From Candidatus Sungiibacteriota bacterium (GTDB taxonomy: Bacteria; Patescibacteriota; Minisyncoccia; Sungbacterales; HO2-52-23), in assembly GCA_016180435.1 (NCBI GenBank), contig JACPBG010000003.1, forward strand, positions 77,791 through 141,790: 64,000 bases of DNA, in the 5' to 3' direction. This document shows positions 17,662 through 26,465 of this stretch, in pieces; position 1 is the first letter of the stretch, and each line of letters starts with the position of its first letter. The notes beneath the pieces were generated by a model, which was not told the origin of the DNA, did not search any database, and saw only the letters and a program-made list of their open reading frames with translations. A program made the translations under genes and the position numbers.

Positions 17662-18894
17662 TCATCGGACACCGAGCGTTGTGCCGGAATACTCGAGACC
17701 TTTCGGTTTGATGACGACTTTCTTTTCGTCGCTTCGTTCGATATGTCCAGCGCGGAGCGCACCGATGTTGTGCGAGGTGGCGACTTCGAGAACCGCATCT
17801 GCGTCGGCTTCCGAAATATAGAGCGCGAAGCCCGCGCCCATATTGAAGTTGCCGTACGCCTCTGTGTCGTCCACTGGCCCGTGCTTCTGCAGAAAATCGA
17901 AGATCGGGAGTTGCTTCGGTAGATGCTCGACGATGTAGGCGAACGATTGCGTTGCCCGCATAAGCTTGCGCCAGCCATGACCCGTGATGTTCACGGCGTA
18001 GTGAATGCTCACGCCGCGATTGAGGCAGTCTTCGACGAGACCGACGTAGATGTGCGTAGGGTCGAGAAGCGTCTCGCCGTATGTTCGCCCATCGCCGAGC
18101 CTAGTTAGGTAGCCGTCAGACAGCGCGCGTAACGGAAATTGTTCTGGAATAAAAAGATGCGCCAGCCGCCGCCAGAATCCATCCTTCCTGTCGGCGATTT
18201 TCCGCGCCATCGTGAGACCGTTCGCGTGAATACCGGAGCTCTCGATGAGAACGATTACGTCGCCATGTTGGATGTTGTCCGCGGTGATGAGTCGCTCCTT
18301 CGGCTTCACGAGGCCCATCGCCGAACCGGAAAGCACGATTGCCTCTGGCACAACAACACCTTTGAGTGTCGGGGTTTCTCCGCCACCCCAAACGCATCGC
18401 GCGAGGTTACATGCATTCTTCCAACCCTCGACGAGATCGCGGCATCGCTTCTCATCGTTGAACCAGCTCGAGTCGCCGACGGCGAGGTGCATTGCCACCG
18501 AAAGCGGCAGCGCGCCGAGCGTAATCATGTCGTTCACGATCATCGCCACAGTATCCTGCGCGATGTGGTTGTAATACGATTTGCCGCTAAGGCGATACAT
18601 CGCGTCGGCGACGAGGTTCTTCGTGCCGAGTCCTTCCTCGACATGCGCGAAATAGCTCTTGGCCGCTTCGATGAGGTAGGCGCTTTCACCACGGCTCATC
18701 TCGACTTCTTGAAATTCGCCGTTGTTGAGTCGTCTGATGTTACTTGCGGTTTCGCGACCTGTGAGTTGCGCCATCCGCTTGAACGGATCCATTGCGTCGT
18801 CGTAGTTCACGCCGACGCCAGCGTAGGTCATCTTTATTTGTTGCATTCGCATGCGAATGAAGAGCGGGTAATCGTCCCGCGAAATGATTAGCAA
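17662..18894 (-). CDS. PurM-like (AIR synthase-related) protein, GC-rich
   Basis: VNITGHGWRKL and NFNMGAGFALYISEADADAV resemble PurM N- and C-terminal domains. Local GC is clearly above the window average. Confidence 0.55.
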   Translation of the reverse strand: MLIISRDDYPLFIRMRMQQIKMTYAGVGVNYDDAMDPFKRMAQLTGRETASNIRRLNNGEFQEVEMSRGESAYLIEAAKSYFAHVEEGLGTKNLVADAMYRLSGKSYYNHIAQDTVAMIVNDMITLGALPLSVAMHLAVGDSSWFNDEKRCRDLVEGWKNACNLARCVWGGGETPTLKGVVVPEAIVLSGSAMGLVKPKERLITADNIQHGDVIVLIESSGIHANGLTMARKIADRKDGFWRRLAHLFIPEQFPLRALSDGYLTRLGDGRTYGETLLDPTHIYVGLVEDCLNRGVSIHYAVNITGHGWRKLMRATQSFAYIVEHLPKQLPIFDFLQKHGPVDDTEAYGNFNMGAGFALYISEADADAVLEVATSHNIGALRAGHIERSDEKKVVIKPKGLEYSGTTLGVR

Positions 18895-19037
18895 TCATTT
18901 CGCCCCCGGCTACCCTGCTACATAACTTTAGTTATGATACGGGGCGGGCAAGACCTTTACCCCGCATTAAATTTTCGGCAGTCGGGCCATCCGGAATCGG
19001 ACCGGAGACATACCCACCCCAAGGGTACGTATTACCA

Positions 19038-19898
19038 CTATACTATGGCCCGTTTTATCCAGTTTATTATTTCGCGTGCAAGTTCTTTTTCTTTTCCGCG
19101 GAAACTATGATTCGTGCCTTTTATGACTATGCCCGAAAATGATTTTGCGTTAGGCGCATTTTTGTGGAAGACCTCTATGAGTTTTTTAGCGGGACGATCT
19201 AGGTGTTCGTCACGCGATCCAAAAATTACCGCAAGCGACGTGCGAATTGAATTCAGGGCGCGCCACGGAGCATTCGGATGATAATAAGGAAAAGTGTCTT
19301 CGGCTCTTCCTGGCGTAAATAAGCTCAAATTTCGTCCGGCGGAGAATAGATAACCATTGGATGTAAATATGGCTGAAGGATCTTTTTTGCATAATCTTTT
19401 GGCGAGTTGGAAATTTTTTTCAAATTTTCGTCTTCCAATACGTTTTATCTCGGCAACAATATCGCTTACTGCCCCAAGAAGCATTAATCCTTTTATGCGC
19501 TTATCCCCGGTTTTATGCATATAATATACGATTTTGTTTGCGCCGGTAGAGTGTCCGGCAAGAATGATATTTTTATAGCCCATCCGCTCGGCCTCATTTA
19601 TCATGGCGCGGACATCTAAAATGCAGTCCTCGAATTTTTCAAATACCGTTCCAAGAAATCTTTTGGGTCCTCGGGCGACAATATCGTGGCCTCTGTTGTT
19701 GAATTTAAAGTATCCGATGCCCAGTTTTTGGCAGCGGGAAGATAATCCCGAGATTAATTTTTGCGAAGAATAAAAAGAGGATGTTAGTCCGTGAACCCAT
19801 ATAAGCGCGGTCCTGCTTTTTCGTTTAGGCGGAACATAAATCCCGTCCAGCGTTACGCCGTCCGAGGTTTTGATTTGGGTTAAGAGAACGGGAATCAT
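19038..19898 (-). CDS. Alpha/beta hydrolase (esterase/lipase-like)
   Basis: GHSTG nucleophile elbow (ILAGHSTGANKIV). Confidence 0.7.
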   Translation of the reverse strand: MIPVLLTQIKTSDGVTLDGIYVPPKRKSRTALIWVHGLTSSFYSSQKLISGLSSRCQKLGIGYFKFNNRGHDIVARGPKRFLGTVFEKFEDCILDVRAMINEAERMGYKNIILAGHSTGANKIVYYMHKTGDKRIKGLMLLGAVSDIVAEIKRIGRRKFEKNFQLAKRLCKKDPSAIFTSNGYLFSAGRNLSLFTPGRAEDTFPYYHPNAPWRALNSIRTSLAVIFGSRDEHLDRPAKKLIEVFHKNAPNAKSFSGIVIKGTNHSFRGKEKELAREIINWIKRAIV

Positions 19899-19906
19899 GT
19901 AACCAA

Positions 19907-19985
19907 ATCAACGAATAACGAATCTTATTCGAATTTACGAATAAACAAGTTCGTATATTCGTAAGCCATTCGTTATTCGCTGATG
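19907..19985. repeat. Family A' ('cgaataacgaat' subfamily) element
   Basis: atcaacgaataacgaatcttattcgaatttacgaataaacaagttcgtatattcgtaagccattcgttattcgctgatg; it includes the pepA stop TAA. Confidence 0.7.
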
Positions 19986-21526
19986 AAATGCGGATATTCT
20001 TTCGCCAGTTCCACAATATATCGTACTCCTGTTCCCGCTGCGCCTTTGCCTAAGTAGTCCGCCTCAACCGCAGTCATGCGCGGCGCAATATCTATGTGGG
20101 CAAAGTGAGTTTCGCCGGCAAATTGTTCCAGAAATTTTGCTCCATGTGTTGCTCCGCCGTATTTGTCTTTGGCGCCGATATTGGCAAGATCGCCGAATGT
20201 GCCTTTGATTTCCGGAAGAAATTCATCCCATAAGGGCAGAGGCCAGACATAGTCCCCGGATTTTTTTCCAACATCAATCATTGCGCGTTCGAGTGATTCA
20301 TCCCCGTCTTTGGTGAAAAGCGCGGAGCAGTGGCTTCCGAGCGCCACATGCGCGGCTCCGGTAAGCGTGGCAAAATTCACCATAAGCCCTGGTTTATACT
20401 TTGTTGCTCCGTAATAAAGCGCATCCGCCAAAATTACGCGTCCCTCGGCGTCAGTATTCAAGACCTCAATGGTTTTTCCGGACATGGTTTTAAGAAGATC
20501 TCCCGGATGATAACTCGAACCCGACGGCATATTTTCTACGGCGGGAATAAGGCCCACGACATTTATTGGGAGTTTGAGCCGTGCGACTGCAGCCATTCCG
20601 TGAATCACTGCCGCACCTCCGGACATATCCATGTGCATTTCATATATATAGTCGGATGGTTTCAAGTTAAGCCCCCCGGTGTCAAAGGTGACACCTTTTC
20701 CGGTAAGAACCAGGGGTTTTTGCTCTTGGGGACCATGAAAATATTCTAAAATTATAAATTGCGGCTTTTCTGAAGATCCGCGCGCAACTCCAAGCACTCC
20801 GCCCATGTTAAGCCGTTGCATGTCTTTTTCATTGAGAATTTTTACGAGAATCCCGTATTTTTTAGCGGTTTGCACCGCTTCATCGGCAAGGCGTTTTGGC
20901 GTCATATCGCCACCCGGAGTATTGGCAAGCGCGCGGCAGGAATTTACCTCCTCTCCGATAATCATGCCATCCCGAATTCCGTCTCTCGCTGATTTAAATG
21001 CGTCTTTCGGCGCCGTCCACTCCGATTGCGATCGGAGCGAGGCTCGCCCCTCGTGGGCGGCAAGATTTACTGTTCTTATTTCCGGCCAGCCGGTTTTGGG
21101 CCTTTCTTTATATTTATTGAATTCAAAATCAGCCATTAGCGCATTGGTCGTGAATAACGAAGCGTCTCTTCGAGCATCGTCGGAAGAAGACGGAAGTTCT
21201 GCGGCAAACTCTTTTATGCGCTCTGATTTTGCGTATCGTGTAAACATGCGTGCAAGCAAGTGTTCTTTGCGGTAGTTCCATTTGGATTTATCGCCAAGTC
21301 CGAAAAGCCGGACGCGTTTTATATTGCCCTTGGGAAACCAAATTGATTTTGTTTCTCCGGCCTCGCCCATGAATTCTTCTTTGGCAAGTTTCCGTACGGC
21401 TGTTTGCACTGATTTTGGCAAATACGAAAAAAGCTCGGCACTTTCGATCCTTTGTTTTTCAAACAGGGCAAAGAAGATATTCGGGGAGCGCGCCGCGGAT
21501 TTATATGTGACAGGAATTATTTTCAC
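19973..21526 (-). CDS. pepA: Leucyl aminopeptidase (M17)
   Basis: NTDAEGRVILADAL M17 signature; GTG start directly abutting a family B end. Confidence 0.85.
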   Translation of the reverse strand: MKIIPVTYKSAARSPNIFFALFEKQRIESAELFSYLPKSVQTAVRKLAKEEFMGEAGETKSIWFPKGNIKRVRLFGLGDKSKWNYRKEHLLARMFTRYAKSERIKEFAAELPSSSDDARRDASLFTTNALMADFEFNKYKERPKTGWPEIRTVNLAAHEGRASLRSQSEWTAPKDAFKSARDGIRDGMIIGEEVNSCRALANTPGGDMTPKRLADEAVQTAKKYGILVKILNEKDMQRLNMGGVLGVARGSSEKPQFIILEYFHGPQEQKPLVLTGKGVTFDTGGLNLKPSDYIYEMHMDMSGGAAVIHGMAAVARLKLPINVVGLIPAVENMPSGSSYHPGDLLKTMSGKTIEVLNTDAEGRVILADALYYGATKYKPGLMVNFATLTGAAHVALGSHCSALFTKDGDESLERAMIDVGKKSGDYVWPLPLWDEFLPEIKGTFGDLANIGAKDKYGGATHGAKFLEQFAGETHFAHIDIAPRMTAVEADYLGKGAAGTGVRYIVELAKEYPHFISE

Positions 21527-21530
21527 GGGT

Positions 21531-21639
21531 GTGATGCCAATCTACAAATCTAATGCCAATATAGCGAATTGCGAATCGATTTATGTATAAGCATTCGCAA
21601 TTTGTAGATTAGCATTAAATTCGCATCGGATTGGCATCA
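21531..21639. repeat. Family B element
   Basis: gtgatgccaatctacaaatctaatgccaatatagcgaattgcgaat...gcattaaattcgcatcggattggcatca. One end gives the TGA of rpmB; the other abuts the GTG of pepA. Confidence 0.8.
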
Positions 21640-21852
21640 TTGCTGGTGTAGTTTTTTTAAACACTTCACGCAAATTTTTGCGCGTTTCCCGGCCACCTGT
21701 GGCGAGTCTCGCCCTGCGGTGCGGGATTCTAATCTAGCCCATTGTAAATTGGGGTATTTTCTTATGGTTTTTGCTGGGTTATAATGGCTGCGGAGGAAAG
21801 CGCGTTTACCGGCAATAGAGGATCCTTTGTGGCAAAGAAAACAAGTTTTCAT
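21637..21852 (-). CDS. rpmB: 50S ribosomal protein L28
   Basis: CFLCHKGSSIAGKRAFLRSHYNPAKTIRKYPNLQ resembles L28 (C.vtGKR...SHa.NaTKRrf.PNLq). Confidence 0.7.
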   Translation of the reverse strand: MKTCFLCHKGSSIAGKRAFLRSHYNPAKTIRKYPNLQWARLESRTAGRDSPQVAGKRAKICVKCLKKLHQQ

Positions 21853-22383
21853 GTCTTTACGAAATACGAATAGTTACGAATTTACGAATAATGTGCTATT
21901 TTATGTTTACTATACGTTTGAAATGGACATTTCGTGGCGCAAAATACGCAAGTATGCCCAATTTTAGTCCGCCCACCACGAGATATTGATATACTTGCTC
22001 GATGTGATTTTTCACGAATCTATCACCTTTTTTGATCTCTAATATTATCTTATCTTCAATTAGAAAATCCAGGAAGTTACTGCCGATTCGTTCATTCTGA
22101 TACTTGATGGGAAAATACGCTTGTTCTCGAAATTTTAATCCCGCATTTTTTAATGCAATCGCTACTGCGCGTTGATATACTTTTTCGCTGTTGCCAAATC
22201 CCAATTTATTGTATACGTCAAACAATATGCCTATTATTTGATAACTTAACTCCGGGTATACGAGATCTTCTCGTTTAAGCATGTGTCCCGCGTCCATTTT
22301 ATGAGATTATCATGGTTCGGAGATTTTTACAATAGTTAAGCGAGGATTCGTACATTCGTATTTAATTCGTATTTCGTAAAGAA
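21853..22383 (-). mobile_element. Putative autonomous family A element: TIR + GxxExxY/PD-(D/E)xK nuclease gene + TIR
   Basis: Left TIR tttacgaaatacgaatagttacgaatttacgaataat; right TIR (reverse complement) ctttacgaaatacgaattaaatacgaatgtacgaat; 133-aa nuclease ORF 21896..22297 in between. Confidence 0.6.
21896..22297 (-). CDS. GxxExxY-type PD-(D/E)xK nuclease-like protein
   Basis: GNSEKVY (G-x-x-E-x-x-Y) and ...FLDFLIEDKIILEIKKGD (D ... E-x-K). Paralog of 26509..26907. Confidence 0.7.
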   Translation of the reverse strand: MDAGHMLKREDLVYPELSYQIIGILFDVYNKLGFGNSEKVYQRAVAIALKNAGLKFREQAYFPIKYQNERIGSNFLDFLIEDKIILEIKKGDRFVKNHIEQVYQYLVVGGLKLGILAYFAPRNVHFKRIVNIK

Positions 22384-22384
22384 C

Positions 22385-23029
22385 ATGGAAAACGTGATAG
22401 AACCATTTTTTTATATCGCGGTTTTGATTTTTTCCGTAGTGATACACGAGGTATCGCACGGTTTTGTGGCGCTGGCTTTGGGGGACAGAACCGCCAAATA
22501 CGCCGGGAGATTAACTTTAAATCCAATTCCGCATCTTGATCTTTTTGGATCAATTCTTCTGCCCGCCCTGCTCATTATTACGCAAAGTCCGTTTTTGATA
22601 GGTTGGGCCAAGCCGGTTCCGTATAACCCGTATAATTTGCGGAATAAGCGGTGGGGTCCGGCCTGGGTTGGCGCGGCGGGACCCTTGGCGAATCTTTCGC
22701 TTTCTTTGGTTTTCGGGCTGGCAATCCGATTTTTACCGTCAACTCTTGGTATTTTCCCCGGCGCATTTCTTATGAATTTTATGTCCATCGCAAGCTCTAT
22801 TGTATTCATCAACGTTATGCTCGCTGTTTTTAATTTGGTGCCGATTCCGCCGCTGGACGGATCAAAAGTCCTCTTCTCTGTATTACCGTATCAATGGCGC
22901 GGGGTGGAGGCATTTCTGGAGCAATACGGATTTATGATCCTGCTATTTTTTATATTTTTCTTTTCGCACTGGCTATTACCCATTGTTCTATTACTCTTTC
23001 GTTTGATTACCGGAGGATATCCGTTTTAA
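22385..23029 (+). CDS. M50-family (site-2 protease-like) zinc metallopeptidase
   Basis: HEVSHG (HExxH) in a TM helix; GWAKPVPYNP motif; polytopic membrane protein. Confidence 0.75.
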   Translation: MENVIEPFFYIAVLIFSVVIHEVSHGFVALALGDRTAKYAGRLTLNPIPHLDLFGSILLPALLIITQSPFLIGWAKPVPYNPYNLRNKRWGPAWVGAAGPLANLSLSLVFGLAIRFLPSTLGIFPGAFLMNFMSIASSIVFINVMLAVFNLVPIPPLDGSKVLFSVLPYQWRGVEAFLEQYGFMILLFFIFFFSHWLLPIVLLLFRLITGGYPF

Positions 23030-23040
23030 CCGTAAATCAC

Positions 23041-23517
23041 ATGAAATATATAAATTATCAAGAATTGAGCGAATTGCAGAAAAAAGCGTTGGATGAAGCA
23101 GCGAATGTTTTGGAGAACTCCTATGCGCCGTATTCAAAATTTCATGTTGGGGCGGCTCTTATTTCTGCGGATGGAACGATAATCACCGGAACTAATTTTG
23201 AAAATGCGGCATATAGCTTGACGGTTTGTGCGGAACGCGCCGCGGTGGTTCGGGCTAATGCGATGGGGATCAAAAAAATTCGAAGTATAGCAGTTATCGC
23301 CCGGGGCGATACTTTTGATACGGTTGAGGTAACTGGTCCTTGTGGCGATTGCCGACAGGTATTATATGAAACCTCGCAAATTTCCAATTGCGATACAGAA
23401 GTTATTCTCTCCACTACAAAAAAAGATAAGATTATCGTTACGTCAATCAAGGAATTGTTACCGCTCGGATTAGGACCCGATGATATTGGGATGGATATTT
23501 CCCGATATCGGCAATAA
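23041..23517 (+). CDS. cdd: Cytidine deaminase
   Basis: CAERAA and PCGDCRQVL zinc-binding motifs; ATG at 23041. The track ORF 22894 overlaps the previous gene. Confidence 0.8.
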   Translation: MKYINYQELSELQKKALDEAANVLENSYAPYSKFHVGAALISADGTIITGTNFENAAYSLTVCAERAAVVRANAMGIKKIRSIAVIARGDTFDTVEVTGPCGDCRQVLYETSQISNCDTEVILSTTKKDKIIVTSIKELLPLGLGPDDIGMDISRYRQ

Positions 23518-23593
23518 GGCGAATTTTGTTTTGACAATTTTATGAGGAGGAGTTATTCTTGTTCCAGATCACACTATCTATCAGGATCTGAAA

Positions 23594-24259
23594 ATGGATC
23601 ATAAGGAAATGCATCTATATGATGCTTTCGCGCTCATGCGAGATCTTCTCGATACCCATGATGCGCTTGATCTTCTTATAAAAACAGGCCATGCGCGGTT
23701 TGTGGATAAAAGCCAACTTTTTTGGGTCGTGGGATCACCATCACTATTTGAGATAAACGGTAGTCGCATACGGAATGAAGATATTCTGGAATTGGTGCAA
23801 AAAGCTCGAGAGGGGCAAGAAAACTCATATGCTCCGCATTCTCATTTTAATGTGGGGGCGGCAATTCTTGCTGAGAATCGGCTCCGGGATCAAAAAATAT
23901 TTTCCGGCTGCAATATCGAGAATGCGGCTTACAGTCCTACACTCTGCGGTGAAATTACTGCTGCAGCGAAGGCGGTGAGTGCGGGATATCGAAGGTTTCT
24001 GGCATACGCCACGGTCGGCGGTTTTGATGATTCGATGAGTGATGAGCTCCGTGCGAAAACCGTCGGTACTTATGTGACGCCGTGTGGCCGTTGCCGGCAG
24101 TTTACCAAAGAATTCGACGCAGATCCTTGCATGGTGATTGTCGCTCCCGATGAAGGACCGTTTCTTATCTCCACGCTTGAATTTTTACTTCCCGCAGGAT
24201 TCGGTCCGAAAAATCTTGGTGTTGATCCATCTTTATATGACAGACATGCAGTGAAGTAA
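23594..24259 (+). CDS. Cytidine-deaminase-family paralog with N-terminal extension
   Basis: HSHFNVGAA...CGEITA...PCGRCRQF; CGE replaces the usual CAE. Confidence 0.6.
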   Translation: MDHKEMHLYDAFALMRDLLDTHDALDLLIKTGHARFVDKSQLFWVVGSPSLFEINGSRIRNEDILELVQKAREGQENSYAPHSHFNVGAAILAENRLRDQKIFSGCNIENAAYSPTLCGEITAAAKAVSAGYRRFLAYATVGGFDDSMSDELRAKTVGTYVTPCGRCRQFTKEFDADPCMVIVAPDEGPFLISTLEFLLPAGFGPKNLGVDPSLYDRHAVK

Positions 24260-24376
24260 TATAAATTCGCTCCGGTTTACCGCGAGCGGTTTTTTATTTG
24301 TCTGAAATTTTATCTTTAACGGGGTTGACATTGGAAATATCCGTTATATGCTTAACACGAGTCCTTTGCTTTATTC

Positions 24377-24826
24377 GTGCCGGAGGATTTTATGTGGGAA
24401 TTTTTCCTGGAACATTGGGTTGCATTTGTATTGTCGTGGGTCGCGATCGGATACTTCATTGGTGTTTTCTCGCTCGAGGTTTACGAAAAGTGGGACCTGC
24501 CGGACGGCTCTAAATTCGATAATTTTTTTGGAAACCGGCTTTTTCTTTTTCCGGTTAATTATTTAGATGGTGATGAAAGGAAGTGTGGCATTTGGCCCAT
24601 GGTTCAAACGTCCTTTGAAAAAAATATGAAAGGCCGATACGTCTTGAGTATGATCGTGGGCGGGCCGTTGCGTATTTTGTGGCTTTTGTTTGTCATGGCG
24701 GTGATGATATTAGTGGCAACTTCGTTTTTTTTATTGAGCGCTGTGTCAAGAATGATATCGGCGGGAATGCATCTTTTCCGATTCCCGGCGGACACTGCCG
24801 AAGAAAAATCAGAGCATATTTCTTAA
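24377..24826 (+). CDS. Hypothetical membrane protein
   Basis: Two or three TM helices; terminator immediately downstream. Confidence 0.4.
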   Translation: MPEDFMWEFFLEHWVAFVLSWVAIGYFIGVFSLEVYEKWDLPDGSKFDNFFGNRLFLFPVNYLDGDERKCGIWPMVQTSFEKNMKGRYVLSMIVGGPLRILWLLFVMAVMILVATSFFLLSAVSRMISAGMHLFRFPADTAEEKSEHIS

Positions 24827-24848
24827 CCCCTCGGGGTTATTTTTTGTG
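24827..24848 (+). terminator. Rho-independent terminator
   Basis: aacccctcggggtt followed by atttttt. Confidence 0.7.
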
Positions 24849-24852
24849 CCAT

Positions 24853-24957
24853 TGACCCCGTTAGAGATGCGGAACGAAATCACGTCAAAGTTTATATATG
24901 ATTAAAGAATACTCTCAGTATGTGTTTAGATGTAACCCAAATCTCTAACGCGGGGTT
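24853..24957. repeat. Family G ('ccccgttaga') element, copy 1 of a tandem pair
   Basis: tgaccccgttagagatgcgg ... atctctaacgcgggg. Confidence 0.7.
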
Positions 24958-25070
24958 GACCCCGTTAGAAAGAAACAGAGAATGCTTTTAATGCGGGAAT
25001 TGTTTGTTTTTACGAATAAAAATGGATTGCTGTTGCTACTATATTTGTTTCTCTCTAACGGGGTTGACCG
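24953..25070. repeat. Family G element, copy 2 of the tandem pair
   Basis: ggttgaccccgttagaaagaaacag ... tttctctctaacggggttgac. Confidence 0.75.
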
Positions 25071-25079
25071 TTTAAACCG

Positions 25080-25430
25080 GGCTTGGTATACTTTTTTTAT
25101 TCGGAATTTAGTATTTTGCTTTTGAGGCAATGAGAGGCGCGAAGCGCTACAATAAGCAACCCCCCCAAAGTGAGCACTGGCCGACAAAATTTTCCATTAC
25201 GGAGCTTGAAAATAAGCCGCAGAGCGGCTTCATTCAGAAAATAAAAGAGTGAGTATATAGGCGGTTGAGACCGTTACAATTTGAGATAATGGGAGGCGCG
25301 AAGCGCTACAATAAGAAAATACTAAAGTGAGTATACACGCGGTTTTGGCAATATGATTTTGAAACAATCAGGAGGCGCGATAGCATGGTTTCTCCGCCCG
25401 GGGCGGAGAATATCGCGCCGGATGCTTAGT
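25080..25430 (+). repeat. Tandem degenerate 'aaagtgag...aatgggagg-cgcgaagcgc-aataag' units (L1), leader of the str operon
   Basis: ttttgcttttgaggcaatgagaggcgcgaagcgctacaataag; gataatgggaggcgcgaagcgctacaataagaaaat; aaagtgagtatacacgcggttttggcaatatgattttgaaa. Related to the region at 45342-45557. Confidence 0.55.
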
Positions 25431-25500
25431 GAGGTTTGTCGCTGGACAAACCGAACGTGTTTCGAAATTATGTTGCCGAAACCGCTATAGCGAGCAAATC

Positions 25501-25911
25501 ATGCCTACAATTCAACAACTAATCAAACACGGCCGGCACGCCAAAATATATAAAACCCGATCCCCGGCGCTCGGGCGGGGATTTAATGTGCTCAAAAATA
25601 GGCCCGTGTATTATTCTTCGCCTTTCAAGCGCGGCGTTTGCATCAAGGTAACCACCATGACTCCTAAGAAACCAAACTCGGCTTTGCGTAAAGTAGCAAG
25701 GGTGCGCTTGACCAATGGCATGGAGATTACGGCCTATATTCCGGGAGAGGGACATAATTTGCAGGAGCACTCGGTGGTGGTAGTAAGAGGAGGGCGCGTA
25801 AAAGATCTGCCCGGAGTGCAATATCATATTGTAAGGGGGGTGTTGGATACTACGGGGGTGGAGGGCCGCAAACAGCAAAGGTCAAAATATGGAGCAAAGC
25901 GTCCTAAATAG
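25501..25911 (+). CDS. rpsL: 30S ribosomal protein S12
   Basis: [19 protein letters not shown]...[12 protein letters not shown]...KYGAKRPK. Confidence 0.92.
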   Translation: MPTIQQLIKHGRHAKIYKTRSPALGRGFNVLKNRPVYYSSPFKRGVCIKVTTMTPKKPNSALRKVARVRLTNGMEITAYIPGEGHNLQEHSVVVVRGGRVKDLPGVQYHIVRGVLDTTGVEGRKQQRSKYGAKRPK

Positions 25912-25994
25912 TTTTACGAAATACTAATCATTACGAATATACGGATTATTTGAAGACGTATTCGTAAATTCGTACTCATTCGTATTTCGTAAAG
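25912..25994. repeat. Family A element
   Basis: ttttacgaaatactaatcattacgaatatacgg...attcgtaaattcgtactcattcgtatttcgtaaag, then atc + ATG of rpsG. Confidence 0.8.
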
Positions 25995-25997
25995 ATC

Positions 25998-26465
25998 ATG
26001 CGTAGAAAAAGGAAATTCACCAGAGAAATAATTCCGGATGCAAAATACAGCAATGTCGCGATTGCCAAATTTATCAACTATGTAATGCGCAAAGGGAAAA
26101 AGTCCACGGCGCAAAAAGTGGTGTATCGCGCCTTTGATGTGATTGAGAAAAAACATCAGCAGGATCCGCTGGCGGTTTTTGATCTGGCTATGAAAAATGC
26201 ATCTCCTTTGATGGAAGTGCGGCCGCGCCGGATTGGCGGAGCTACATATCAGGTGCCGCGTGAAGTCCGGCCCGGGCGTAAAATGGCCCTTACCTATCGC
26301 TGGATTATCGCGGCGGCGCGTTCCAAGAAAGGCAAACCCATGCATGTAAAATTGGCGGAGGAATTGATCGCGGCTTCCAAAAACGAGGGGATGGCGATTA
26401 AAAAGCGGATGGATATGCATAGGATGGCCGAGGCCAATAAAGCGTTTGCGCATTTCGCCTGGTAA
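25998..26465 (+). CDS. rpsG: 30S ribosomal protein S7
   Basis: MRRKRKFTREIIPDAKY...KKSTAQKVVYRAFD... Confidence 0.9.
   Translation: MRRKRKFTREIIPDAKYSNVAIAKFINYVMRKGKKSTAQKVVYRAFDVIEKKHQQDPLAVFDLAMKNASPLMEVRPRRIGGATYQVPREVRPGRKMALTYRWIIAAARSKKGKPMHVKLAEELIAASKNEGMAIKKRMDMHRMAEANKAFAHFAW

Noticed and set aside
25080-25430. CRISPR array (considered for the L tandem units and for CTTAGAA/CACAGAT arrays)
   Set aside because: Repeat units are 6-8 bp iterons or degenerate ~75-bp units without regular unique spacers. There are no cas genes apart from a solo Cas4-like gene 30 kb away. The arrays are palindromic, unlike CRISPR.
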